DNA of 63,883 bases, filler included, from Saprolegnia diclina VS20 (taxonomy: Eukaryota): assembly GCF_000281045.1 (NCBI RefSeq). It is 12 parts of 6 records of this genome, joined end to end, with 100 filler letters (N's around TTAATTAATTAA, not from the genome) between each part and the next. Parts side by side here need not be neighbours in the genome. Positions count along the whole stretch, not along the records: positions 46,235 to 51,329 come from NW_008246143.1; positions 51,430 to 57,417 come from NW_008246144.1; positions 57,518 to 58,825 come from NW_008246145.1; 9 more parts are not named here. One strand, 5' to 3'. Of this stretch, positions 47,134 to 58,925 are shown in pieces. The notes beneath the pieces were generated by a model. The model worked only from the letters and a program-made list of their open reading frames with translations, had not been told where the DNA came from and ran no database searches. The position numbers were made by a program, and so were the translations under genes. Position 1 is the stretch's first letter. Every line of letters begins with the position of its first letter.

Positions 47134-49572
47134 CTACTTGCGCACGGCGCCCCAGCCTTTCGTGACGCCACTTCGAGGCGCTGACGCCGGCACGTCATCC
47201 TGCGTGAACGAGCCAAACGAAAGCGGGAGTTTCCGGCGCTGTGACGGCAGCTGCGTCGCCTGCGTCGTTGTCCCAACGTCATCGTCGCTGTCGTCCAAAG
47301 AAATTGCCTCGGGCGTCGGTTTGCTCTGGCTCGTCGTCCACTCGGACAAGGTCGACTGACCCTTGAGCGGCGCCTTGCGCGAGGCGGCTGGCGCGCGCGT
47401 CTTTCGAGCAGCAGGTGCTTTCGCGCTCTTGGGTGGCGACGACATCACCACGTCATCGTCGTCATCGTCGTCATTGTCAGGCTGACTCGTCACGCGCGCC
47501 GAGGCAGCTCTAGGCTTGCGGGCGGCGGGCGGCTTGGTCTTCTTGGCGGGTGGGGAGGCCACGTCGTCATCGCTCGTTGGCTTGGACGCACGCGGACGAC
47601 GGACGGCGGGGGCTCGTTTTTTCGGTGGCGGGGAGGCCACGTACTCGTCGTCATCGTCCGACAAGCCATCGCCATCTTCCGGCGGCGCCGACGTCGTGTG
47701 GGGCTGCGAGAGGAGTTGCTCGAGCATGGTCGATGTCACGTCGGCCTGGGTCGGGACCTACCACGGCATCTCAATCCTCCATGACAAAGAGTAGTGTGTA
47801 CCGAGAGACTGGCGCGCATGCGATCCACGTTCTTCTCGACGAGCGCTTGGATCTCGGCCTTGGTGACCGTGCCTTTGCTCTGCTTAAGCGCCTGCTGCGT
47901 CTCGTCGAGGACCGAGTCGACAAACTCGGTGAAGGCCGACGGGACGTTCTTGAACACATACTCTTCGAGCGCGTGGGCCATGTTGACTTCGGGAAAGATG
48001 TCGAGCTTGAGCTCGCTCTGGTCGAGCTGCGCCGCCAAGATCTGCTCCACGCGCACGACCGCGTCGTTGGGCGGCGGCGGCCGAATCGGCGCCAAGAGCC
48101 CGCCTTTGCTGGCCTTCTCGTCCTTGCTCGCTTTGTCTTTTCTCTCGCCCTTGTTGCGGGTGAAGAGGAGAATGTCGCCGGGGTTCGCGACGCGCCCGAC
48201 AAACTGACCGCCAAAGCGCTGGTTGTTGATCACGGGAAAGCCTACCCAGGCGTCGAATCCTACTGAACGTCATCTCGGCCACGCACCCGTGTGCTCGACA
48301 CGCAGCCGAACGAGAATCTCCATCGGGTCGGCGTGCACCGCAGCAAGCTCGGCGTTGGCCTCGTCCAAGAGCTCTTGCACCTACTCCATGGCTAGCATTC
48401 GACCCACGTCGGCGCAATAGTACCCGCGACGTAAGGATCGAGTGCATCTTCTCGGCGACCTTGGGGTCGTTTGGGTCGAGGCCATCGATGTCGCGAAAGG
48501 CTACGTCGCCAATTTTGAAGGGCCGGACCGTCTTGAGGGGCTCGGCACGGAGGCGAAAGTCGCTGCCTCGGATTTCAAGAATGCCCACCTGCCTCGCGTC
48601 ATGGCAAGCAAGCGGACGAGGCAGCATCGTACCTGCTTGGGCTTGGCCTCGCCTTCGATGAGCGACGTCGCGACGCTGGACCCGGGCTGCGTGATGAAGA
48701 AGTTGCCCTTCGCGCTCTCTTCGAGCTCGATGAGGCACTCGTGTTCGTGGCCCCAAATGACAAAGTCGATGAACTCGGGAATGAAGCTCTCTGGGAGGCA
48801 GTTCTTGGCGCCGCGACCGCGATTGTCGCGGTTCTGGTGCACGACAAAGATGGAGAACCATGCGTCCGGCGACTCCTCGGGCCGCCGGAAGCGCACTTGG
48901 CCCTTGGCAAACATGCGATGGAGACGCTCGTCGCGCATGTTGCCGAGGCCGTAGATCGCGATCTTGGTCGCGCCCTTCTCGAGCAGAATCGGAAACACTT
49001 CGATCTCGTCGACGCGGTCCGACTTGCCAAAGTAGTTGACCTACATACACAGCGTCAACACCTTGGCGTTGCAGCAGCGAGTTGCTGACGAGGTTGGCCG
49101 CAGAGAGCAGGTCGAGGGCCGCGAGCGAACGGCCAGCCTCGCCCGTCGGATCATCGTGGTTGCCGTGGATACTAAAGATCGGGAGGCGCACGTTCACGTT
49201 CGGGTCCTCGTAGTTGGCGACGCCAAAGTTGGGAAAGTTCAAGCTCTGGTCCGAGAGGATCTGAAAGTTGATGTTGCCGTCGCCTACGTTGAGCCTATGA
49301 GCTCCTTGAAGGCAGCTGCGACGCTGCGCACCGAGGCAGTAGTGGCGCAGGAGCGACATGGTCCGGTACATGGTCGCGCGGCTGGGCTTGTTGTGGTGGA
49401 AGAGGTCGCCGGCGAGGAGCACAAAGTCGACCTTGGCCTTGACGCCGATGGCCAGCATCTCCTCGAAGGCGCGGAACGAGTCTTTGCCGCGGACGCCGTC
49501 ATGCTCGCAGTAACCGAGGTGATTGTCGGTGCTCACGAGGATCTTGACCGTCGCTCCATCCTCGTCGGCCAT
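47134..49572 (-). CDS. MRE11: Double-strand break repair nuclease Mre11, multi-exon
   Basis: ILVSTDNHLGY, LAGDLFHHNKPSR, NYEDPNVNVRLPIFSIHGNHDDP, DERLHRMF, VHQNR, WGHEHEC, QPGSSVATSL, NNQRFGGQFVGRVANP. Confidence 0.97.
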
Positions 49573-50065
49573 GGCACTTGAAAAAATCTCGTTGGATTTA
49601 ACCTTGTAGGTAATACGCGTTTAACCCACCGGTGGCACGGAGGCCGATGCAGATCAGACTGGTGGTACGCGGCGGACGAATATCCACGCGCGTTGAAACC
49701 ACATTGCTTCAAGTATAGTGCTGTTGCTGGATGGTGCGTGCCAACAGCTATTGCTTCCATCATTTGCAGACGAAGCCACACAGTCACCTGAATAACGCGT
49801 TTTTATTGTGACTTTAACCTTTGTCCGAGTGGCCACAACTGCAACGACACAGCCAACTTGGCTACATGGTGCTTGTGGAGCTACATCAGGTGAGCTCATA
49901 CACAAGCATCACGCATCAACTCCTCCTCGTTGACTCGCCGCGGGAATTACTTGGTGATATTCCATCCTTGCATGCCGTTTTTCTAACCTAAATTTCTGAA
50001 TTCGACGAGACCGCAAAGTTTCCCTAAATTTGCAGCCGACCAAGGACGTCATATTTGAATCCACC

Positions 50066-50685
50066 ATGTCCCCAACGAGCACTTCTGGGTCCAGAGTGCA
50101 TGATTCCCAGGAGACGTACCAGCGCCGCTACAAGGTGGCCCATCGTTACCTGGCCGAAGGGCGTTCCCACAGACAGTCGTGGTTCTTTGCTTTCCGAGAA
50201 GTGCCTCGTGCGCAAACAGTCACTTCCACAACACCTCAGCCCAACAGCGTCGTGTCACAGTGCTCTCAAATGAGCAGCTAACGTTACTACAGCTCCGGGG
50301 TACGACCGAGGCTCTGAATCCCCAGCACGAACCCTCGTCACAGGCTACCTGGTCGACGAGTGGCACCGTGAGCACGCGCCTCGTGTGCCAAGTTTGCAAT
50401 TTTCTCAATAGCATCATCGACACGCACTGCGGGCATTGCAGGACGCCCTTGCCGGGGGCGACCGCAAAGCTCAAGATTTTGCTCAAGCGCGTGGAGGTGG
50501 TGCAGTCCAAGGGCGGGGCGAGCGACGCTGCCGTCGTGTGCCAGGTCTGCGAGACGCTGAACGCCATGGCGGACGCTGTGTGCAGGGACCCCGACTGCAA
50601 AGAATCACTTCCAAACGACGCCGAGAAGCTCTGCATCCTTGTCCGCCGCATCGAGCTTGTCAAGGAAGCGCCACAGCCAGCCTGA
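50066..50685 (+). CDS. Small protein with two tandem C4 zinc-ribbon (RanBP2-like) + helix modules, probable intron ~50201-50292
   Basis: VCQVCNFLN...CGHCRTPLP..TAKLKILLKRVE and VCQVCETLN...CRDPDCKESLP.DAEKLCILVRRIE. Confidence 0.65.
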
Positions 50686-51701
50686 TGTAGTTTCACGATG
50701 TGCTCGAACAGGCTTTGTTTGCACTCGGCATTCGCAGCCAAGACGAGAAGAGCGTCATAGCGAATTAAGCAGTATTAGCCCGAGTATTAGCCAAAGCTGC
50801 AGCATCCAGCATATGGTGTTTGCCAATCACTGACCGTGTTGAGCGGCCGACGTCTCCTGGGGCTGCTTATCAAGTACTAGTACTCGTGACGTTTAAAATG
50901 AATTACTAGAATTAACCTCGTGTTTTCTTGGGGCAGGTTTTGGTCGGGCTCTTTGGCTGAGGTATTGCATATGGGGGTGGCGTGCAATTTAGAGATTGGT
51001 TTGTGCGTGCGTGTGTTGTACCGGTAGCTTGGACTCATCGGTGTACGGAATCATGTACACCCTGCCAGTTTTCTTGAGGCAGAGTGTGGTCGAGCTTTGT
51101 GGTTTAGATGGGGCATAGGGCCGGTGAGCCATCTAGCGGTCTTCCTACGTAGCATGCGCAGTGGTTTGATCCGTGTAGAAGGTTTGTGCAGGGTGCTGTA
51201 GCGCTTCTTGATTTCGGCTTGGTTTCGGGGCCGCGTGCAACCTAGCGGTATGTCTGTGTCGTAGCTTGGACAGTGTGGATGCCATCTAATCATCGGTACA
51301 CGGGCTTATACTATGCACTTGAAACGCACNNNNNNNNNNNNNNNNNNNNNNNNNNNNNNNNNNNNNNNNNNNNTTAATTAATTAANNNNNNNNNNNNNNN
51401 NNNNNNNNNNNNNNNNNNNNNNNNNNNNNGAAACGACGCCACGAGCGCGACGCGGTCGAGGCCATCGTCCGCACTCCTCGCTTGAACGCTCGAGGTTGTC
51501 GCTGTCAGCGTTTGTTTCGGCGCGTCGAGTATATATCTTGCAGCGTGTAGACTACCAACGTAAACGCAATGGACTTTCTACCACTACGGCGCCGGTGGCT
51601 GCGACCAGCGCTGCATCGACGCCAGCAACCACGGCCCAATACGAATGCGACAGCTCTACGAACCTCTTGTGGCATGTGCGCACCTACGCCTAGGAACTAA
51701 T

Positions 51702-52722
51702 GCAGGCGCTCGATCGCTGCGGCGCTGCTCAACACGATACTGATACCACCAATCGAGCTTGGTGATCATCAATCCTCGACGACGCAGACCCAAGCTCGCA
51801 TGCTACATGAGGACCACCGACCCTCATCAATGGCAACCACTTACCTGTGGAGCCAATGTTCTGTACTGCAGGGATGCGTGGAAAGAAGGACCTCGGTCAC
51901 ACGAGTTTCACCGTCAGTCGACAGGACACACGCTTGCGACGACCCTGCCGTGCGACGCGGTGCCGTGCGGCCGAGGCCCTGCAGCGCAAATTGCGGAATG
52001 AGCATCGCTCAAGGCTGCTATCCTTCTTTGGTAAAAGCTCTGCGTTTCGCCTTTGTCGTGCTCGCTCTTACACGTGTGTTTTACACGACTGAACGCACCC
52101 AAATGGGATATTCTCCGAGTGCCACGTCATAGGAATCGACACTTGTGTTTTCTATCACTGTACTAACTATGGGCGATTCCATTTCAAACGTGATGTTGTC
52201 GGCAAGCGGCGTCGGCGTCTTGGCGTGATGCCGCTAAGATGGCACTACGATCTTAGTTTGGAGTGCGTTGTGCCTCTCAGATGGCACTACGATCCAAGTC
52301 GTGCCTCTCAGCAGCACTACGATCTTAGTTTGGCGCGCATCTTGGATCGCGTCTCGCGATCGCTGTACGCCTCGTACGTCGATGCGACCTCGCTTTCCGT
52401 GCCCTCCATAGCGTCCTCTACTACTGTGCCAAGTCTTGGCCATTTCGTTTTCGAACGCAAAGCGGTCGACCGCGCGGCCTGGTGATGCTGCACCGGATAT
52501 CCAGATAAGGTGGCTAATAACACGCAAGTTGTCGCGGTGCGTTCGCGATTGCGATTTGATGGCCAACGTCGGTCAAAATAAAAATGTCTCCTACGTTGTA
52601 GAGGGATTAAATTGGTTTTGTATAGCACGGGGCACCAAGTTGCACCGTCGTGCGCGGCCTACAGCGCTCGAAACTCGCGTCCAAAGTGATGCACTATTGG
52701 CGGCATCATGACGAGCTTGTAC
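51702..52722. repeat. Left arm of a ~1-kb inverted repeat
   Basis: Reverse complement of 53875-54874 with scattered substitutions and small indels (e.g. CTCAACACGATACTGATACCACCAATCGAGCTTGGTG at the outer end). Confidence 0.9.
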
Positions 52723-52979
52723 TAGTACTTCCAAGTGTTGGCGCGGCACTGCTTAGCGTTCGGCACAAGGTACCATACATATTTGACATTTCTCGCGTCT
52801 CACAGAATGACTAGGTTCATGACTCGGACGAGGTGTCTCGTCTGCCGCTGTAGATGGATCTCCTCCACCACGTCGTGCANNNNNNNNNNNNNNNNNNNNN
52901 NNNNNNNNNNNNNNNNNNNNNNNNNNNNNNNNNNNNNNNNNNNNNNNNNNNNNNNNNNNNNNNNNNNNNNNNNNNNNNN

Positions 52980-53654
52980 CGTCAGCATGCCGTAGCCTTG
53001 GCCTTTTGGAATCGTGGCGCGGGGGCTCTGTACGTCGTCCGCCGCGGTGCTTACGGCCTCGACGCCGAGGAAGAAGCCCGTGGCCGACGGCAGCGCTCGG
53101 AAAAATCCGTGTGCGCCGCCAAGCACGAGCGTCGGGGGTGGCGCGTACGTGGCGAAGTCAAGAAACGCAAGGGACCCGAGGAGCCACACGACGGTGACAA
53201 GAAGGCAGGACAACGCGAGCACGAAGTTGGCGTACCAGAACCAGCGATCGCCGCGGATGTACACGAAGAGGCTGAGCGCGTAGAGCAGCGCCCAGACCAG
53301 TGGCTCCAAGCCGGCCGAGTCGGGGGCAATGCACACAAAGATAGTTGTGAACGACACCATGGCCATGGCCGAGTCGACGTACTACTTGATCTCGCAAATC
53401 GCGACGAGGAAGCCGACACTAAAGCCGAGCGTGCAGCGCGCAAGGCCGTAGGCGCCGCCGGCGAACGGAAACGCGCTCATAAGCTCGCCGAGACACGAAA
53501 TGAGGCAGATGTAGGCGAGGCCGACGAGGCCCATGCCAACCGAGTAGCTCGCAAAGCCCGCCGAGTAGCCGAGCTGCCAGATCGGAAGCGACTGCGCCGA
53601 AATCGTGATCGTGAGCGCCCACACATCGAGAGCCGTGACTTCGTACGGGGCCAT
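52980..53654 (-). pseudogene. APC-superfamily amino-acid/ethanolamine permease with in-frame stop, truncated by gap
   Basis: DVWALTITI...CLGELMSAFPFAGGAYGLARCTLGF..GFLVAICE, TAG at 53382-53384, then the same frame continues to FFLGVEA..AADDV..PRATIPKG. Confidence 0.8.
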
Positions 53655-53874
53655 GGAAAGGACGGGCACACAAGAATCGCGGGAACAAACGTGCGTTTCG
53701 TCTGGAAGATTTAGTGGCGCGTTTCCATCTCCTTCTAAATTGAATTTTAGCAACGACTGGGACTGAAACTGACATGGATATATGCATTTCGTAAAAGAGA
53801 GCGTCGCCAAGCTTCTTCATGAAGGCTGCGGTTGTGTCTTCCATCGCATCCTTTCTTGAAAATGGCATGTGCCA

Positions 53875-54874
53875 TGTACAAGCTCGTCATAGTGCAATTC
53901 GGCATCACGTTGGACACGAGTTTCGAGCGCTGAAGGCCGTGCACGACGGTGCAACTTGGTGCTCCGTGCTATACAAAGCCAACGTAATCCCTCTACAACG
54001 TAGGAGACATTTTTATTTTGACCGACGTTGGCCATCAAATCGCAATCGCGAACGCACCGCGACAACTTGCGTGTTATTAGCCACATTATTTGGATATCCG
54101 CGGTCGACCTCTTTGCGTTCGAAAACGAAATGACCAAACCTTGGCACAGTAGTAGAGGACGCTATGGAGGGCACGGAAAGCGAGGTCGCATCGACGTACG
54201 AGGCGTACAGCGGTCGCGAGACGCGATCCAAGATGCGCGCCAAACTAAGATCGTAGTGCTACTGAGAGGCACGACTTAGATCGTAGTGCCATCTGAGAGG
54301 CACAACGCACTCCAAAGTAAGATCGTAGTGCCATCTTAGCGGCATCACGCCAAGACGCTGACGCCGCTTGCCGACAGCATCACGTTTGAAACGGAATCGC
54401 CCATAGTTAGTACAGTGATAGAAAACTCAAGTGTCGATTCCCATGACGTGGCACTCGGAGAATATCCCATTCGGGTGCAATTGTTCAGTCGTGTAAAACA
54501 CACGTGTAAGAGCGAGCACGACAAAGGCGAAACGCAGAGCTTTTACCAGAGAAGGATAGCAGCCTGGGGCGATGCTCATTCCGCAATTTGCGCTGCAGGG
54601 CCTCGGTCGCACGGCACCACGTCGCATGGCAGGGTCGTCGAAGCTTGTGTCCTGTCGACTGACGGTGAAACTCGTGTGACCGAGGTCCTTCTTTCCACGC
54701 ATCCCTGCAGTACAGAACATTGGCTCCACAGGTAAGCGGTTGCCATTGATGAGGATCGGTGGTCCTCATGTAGCATGCGAGCTTGGGTCTGCGTCGTCGA
54801 GGATTGATGATCACCAAGCTCGATTGGTGGTATCAGTATCGTGTTGAGCAGCGCCGCAGCCATCGAGCGCCTGC
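53875..54874. repeat. Right arm of the ~1-kb inverted repeat (outer end lost in gap)
   Basis: Reverse complement of 51702-52722. Confidence 0.9.
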
Positions 54875-55479
54875 NNNNNNNNNNNNNNNNNNNNNNNNNN
54901 NNNNNNNNNNNNNNNNNNNNNNNNNNNNNNNNNNNNNNNNNNNNNNNNNNNNNNNNNNNNNNNNNNNNNNNNNNGCGTCTCACAGAATGACTAGGTTCAT
55001 GACTCGGATGAGGTGTCTCGTCTGCCGCTGTAGATGGATCTCCTCCACCACGTCGTGCACTAGACCCAGGAAGAAGCATGCGCGTGCGCGTTCCGGACCA
55101 GCTCTGGACGGCCTTCTTGAGGCTGTTAAGCAGACGCCTCTGCTGCTCACCAACCGCACGACGAAGGACACCGACGCGGTCCTTTACAGTGCGACGTCGC
55201 TCGCAGGTATCCACTGCCGCACCTGCGTGCGATCTTGTCGGCGCGTCACTCGACCGATCCGCACAAGGTCTTCAGAGCCTTCTCGTGCTCTAGCCCCACA
55301 CGCTTGACGTGCACGGCGCGCGCCAAGGACGTCTTTCCGAGCGAATGGACGCGCCCCAAGGCCCGGTTCGTGTCGACCTCGCGCCGTCGGCTGCGATACC
55401 GAAGGATGATGAGATGGTGCCGAGTCTCACGGACGTGTACCTCGAGCCAACCTCTACGCCCCGAGCGCGCAGCGTGCTC

Positions 55480-57300
55480 TTTTGACCGCTTCTTGAGTTT
55501 GCTGGCGGCGGCCAAGAAGGCCCAGTACACCAAGCCAGAGCTCAAAACGACACCAAAGGGAGCTGCGCGGCCGCTCGCGCGAGGCCAAATATCTCGTCGC
55601 GCGCACGGCGCTGAAGAATTTTGCACTTGGTGGCGCCGATTTGGTATTGCTGCCATACGTTTGCGGACGTTGCCTTTCGCGGCCACACGCAGCTCAGCAA
55701 GTGCGACATGTCCACAAACCTCCGCGTCCGATCTCGCGTCGGCTCTGCACATTGCGCACGGTATCTCGCCCGAGACGGCCGACTAGCTGAACGCCCGCCA
55801 AGGCGTCTTGTCCGTCATGGAGAGCTCTGCCAGCGCCTCGGCTTCCTCTTCGAGCCGTTCGTGACTGTGATTTTACCGATTCACCTTCAGTCGTTTGCGT
55901 GCACGAGCGCGGCCCTGCGCGAGGCCGCGAGCGGCACGTTCAAGGTCATCATGCACAACCTCTCGGCGCACGGTGTCAAGCTCATTCTGCCTCCGATCTT
56001 GCTCTCCACGACCCGGCGTGGCGTACGAAGCAGGCTGCCATCGAGCTCCTCGGCGCCATGGATTCGTGCGCGCCCAAGCCACTAGGTTCGAGCTTGCCGA
56101 GGCCATTCCCAAACTCACGACGTCGCGCTCGAACTCGCACCCGCGTGTGAAAGTGGCATGTTGCGCTCATTGACATCGCGCAACCCCGAGATTGCCTCGA
56201 TCGCCTCCATTTTGCTCGCCGGCTTGTAGGACCCGAATCGCAAGACGACGAGCAAAATGGAGGCGCTGCAGTCGATGAAGTTTGTGCACTCGATCGACGC
56301 GCCGTCGCTTGCGCTTGTGATGCCTGTGCTTTAGCGCGGCTTGACGGACTTCATCTCGGAGACGAAGAAGAAGGCTGCGCTTATTGTCGGCAATGGTCAA
56401 CGACGCCATGAACCTCGCACCGTACCTCGACATGATCGCGCCCTGCCTCCAGATGCAGCTTCTTGAATTGATTCCCGAGGTCCGCACCGTCGTGTTCAAG
56501 GCGCTGGGTATGCTCGTTAAGGGCCTCGGCCAGAGCCACTTCCCGCGTCTCATGCCGTCGCTGCTGCAAGCCATCAAATCGGAATTGTCGTCGGTCGAGC
56601 GGTCGAGTTCGGCCAAGGGTCTCTGCGAGGTGCTCGAGCACCTTGGCCCGGACGCGCCTGATCTCGAGAGTCTCTCCAACGAGTCAGACGGTGTCCGCGA
56701 CGTTGCCATGCACGCTGGCTCGATCGTCGTCAATGCGCATGCGCTTTCCAACACAAAAGCCAACTTGCCTGCGCTGGAGGCCGGTATCTTCGATGACAAC
56801 TGGCGCATTCGTGAGTCGTCGATCTCGCTCTTTGGCAACTTGGTGTACTGCGTCATGCCCGAAGTCGGCCCGATCCTGCGCGCGGGCCTCGATCCGATGG
56901 ACCCGCCGGCATGCGCCAGGGCTACTGCTTGGGTCTTGCCGAGTTCATCCAGAGCTTGCCCAAGAAGCAGCTCGAATATTTCGTCGAGAGGTTTGTCGTG
57001 GCGCTCGAAGACGCTCTTGCGAAGCGCTACCAGAGGTCCGCCGCGCAGCCGGTGATGCGTTTGATTGTTTCCACAAGAGCATGGGCTTCCGCTCGATCGA
57101 CGAGCTCATTCCACGCCTCCTCAAGCGTATCACGTCGGTATACGACCTCGTCCAGGGGTGCTCAAGGTAAAATCGCGCGAAGTGCTTCCGTACCTCGCAC
57201 CGCGCCTGCTCACGACGCCAACGGCCTTGCCAACGTCCAAGCGATCGTGTCCGTCTCGAGCGCAGTGCTGCATTGCGACATGGACCGCCTCGGCAAACCA
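55480..57300 (+). pseudogene. GCN1: GCN1 (HEAT-repeat translational activator) pseudogene fragment
   Basis: LGFLFEPFV, NLSAHGVKLILP, WRTKQAAIELLGAM, RNPEI, FVHSIDAPSLALVMPVL*RGL, KKKAALIVGN, IPEVR, SSVERS, GIFDDNWRIRESSI.LFG.L. Multiple stops, frameshifts and deletions. Confidence 0.88.
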
Positions 57301-57517
57301 GCACGGTCCATCTCTCTCCATCACTAGCGACTTGTAGTGGGCCGTTGAAAATAATCCCAGCATTCTCCAACATTTTCGACATTTTGGCCATGCACCGCTG
57401 CGGCGGGCGACATGCAANNNNNNNNNNNNNNNNNNNNNNNNNNNNNNNNNNNNNNNNNNNNTTAATTAATTAANNNNNNNNNNNNNNNNNNNNNNNNNNN
57501 NNNNNNNNNNNNNNNNN

Positions 57518-58449
57518 CGCTGACACGCGATCGCGTACGCAAGGTACGCCGTCGCCCGGAGCATCTCGGCGTCGTCAGGGCCATTGCACTGACAGAACAA
57601 GTCGGCGGCGAGGCGGAAGCGGCTCTCGCTCTCGATGTGGTCGTCTTCGCGGTCGTAGACAAGGCCAAGATGGCACCAGCGCCGGGCCTTCTCGACCAAT
57701 GACGCCGCGGACCCGATCGCAGCTTCCAACGCCGCCTTGATCCAGTTGATCAAGGTCGTGAAAATGAGCCGGTCGACCGCAGTGAACGACGTCTCGGCGC
57801 GAATCAACGCAAAGATGCCGTCGCGATCGCTGGCTACGGTCGCCTCCGAGTCTTCGCTCTTGATGGTCGCCAGCATCTCGTAAATCGCATAACTATCGGC
57901 AATGTCGTTGAGAAACGTGGCTTCTTGATCTTGAGCAAGTGCAATCTCAAAGCGCGCGCCCAGTGTCACGGCCACGTAGACCTCAAAGACGCACCAGCTC
58001 CGACGAAGCACGACCGGGTCGTTCCACGGGTGCATGATCATGACCACGTTGCCGATGGCTGCGAGACCGTTCTTGAACGTCGTCGACCAGTACTCGAACG
58101 GGTACGAGCGCGCGAGGTGCTGGTTGTTGTTGAAGACGCAAAACCAAAGGACCGCGTCATCAGCAAGACCACGGGCGGCGAAGAAGCGCTCGAGGCTGTC
58201 GACAGTCTCCAAGAAGAGATATTGCCAAGCGTGGCTGACATACCAGTTGGCTGGCGCGACGTAGGTGGCGGTCGACGGGTCGTTGGCGACGTGGTCGACG
58301 AGCGAGAGCTCCGACGGTTTGGTCAAAGGCACAACAAACTCAAAGCAGACTTGGGCCGTCGTCTTGCCAACAAACTTGGCTTCGCCGCCATGCTCGTTGA
58401 TAAAGTGGCGCAAGTACGAGAGGCGGAGGCCGCGATCGGGCGATGCCAT
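57518..58449 (-). CDS. SHAW/RxWCxxE-domain protein followed by kinesin-light-chain-type TPR repeats, 3' partial
   Basis: TTAQVC...YVSHAWQYLF...LWFCVFNNNQH...PWNDPVVLRRSWCVFEVY, then TPR-like LGLVY...AADLF....GPDDAEMLRATAYLAYA. Confidence 0.8.
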
Positions 58450-58925
58450 GGCGACTCTGAAAATGTACCAAGCGATTGCACTTTCCTCTTCCGTCTACCT
58501 CGTACATCTTCAAAACCACGTGGCGGTGGTGTCGGGTTACACACCCCGCCTATCGTGTCGGCGATCGCGCACCCAACTCTCAACGAAAGGGAACTTGGTG
58601 CCTAGCGTCGTCCTTGCGTGTACTCTAGTTGACTCTCTGCAAATGTTGTCAAATGAAACGAGCAAATTTCCACAATCACACAGCAAATCTTGGCCTTCTC
58701 AGTTTTTGTCAGCTTTGCATGTGATGTGGATTTGCTGAATCAAAATTGGTCGACCAATGGGATGCACGATGGACGCGCGCAATCCCGCGCGAAACCTGGC
58801 CTTTGCAGGCGACAGCAGCTGCCAANNNNNNNNNNNNNNNNNNNNNNNNNNNNNNNNNNNNNNNNNNNNTTAATTAATTAANNNNNNNNNNNNNNNNNNN
58901 NNNNNNNNNNNNNNNNNNNNNNNNN

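Noticed and set aside
52236..52335. Short repeats as a CRISPR array
   Set aside because: Only three irregular units, spacers related to each other, eukaryotic context and no cas genes.
52795..55059. ~85-bp direct repeat (52795-52879 and 54974-55059) as an LTR or TSD
   Set aside because: Both copies abut N gaps. This is most simply a contig-end overlap or haplotype redundancy.
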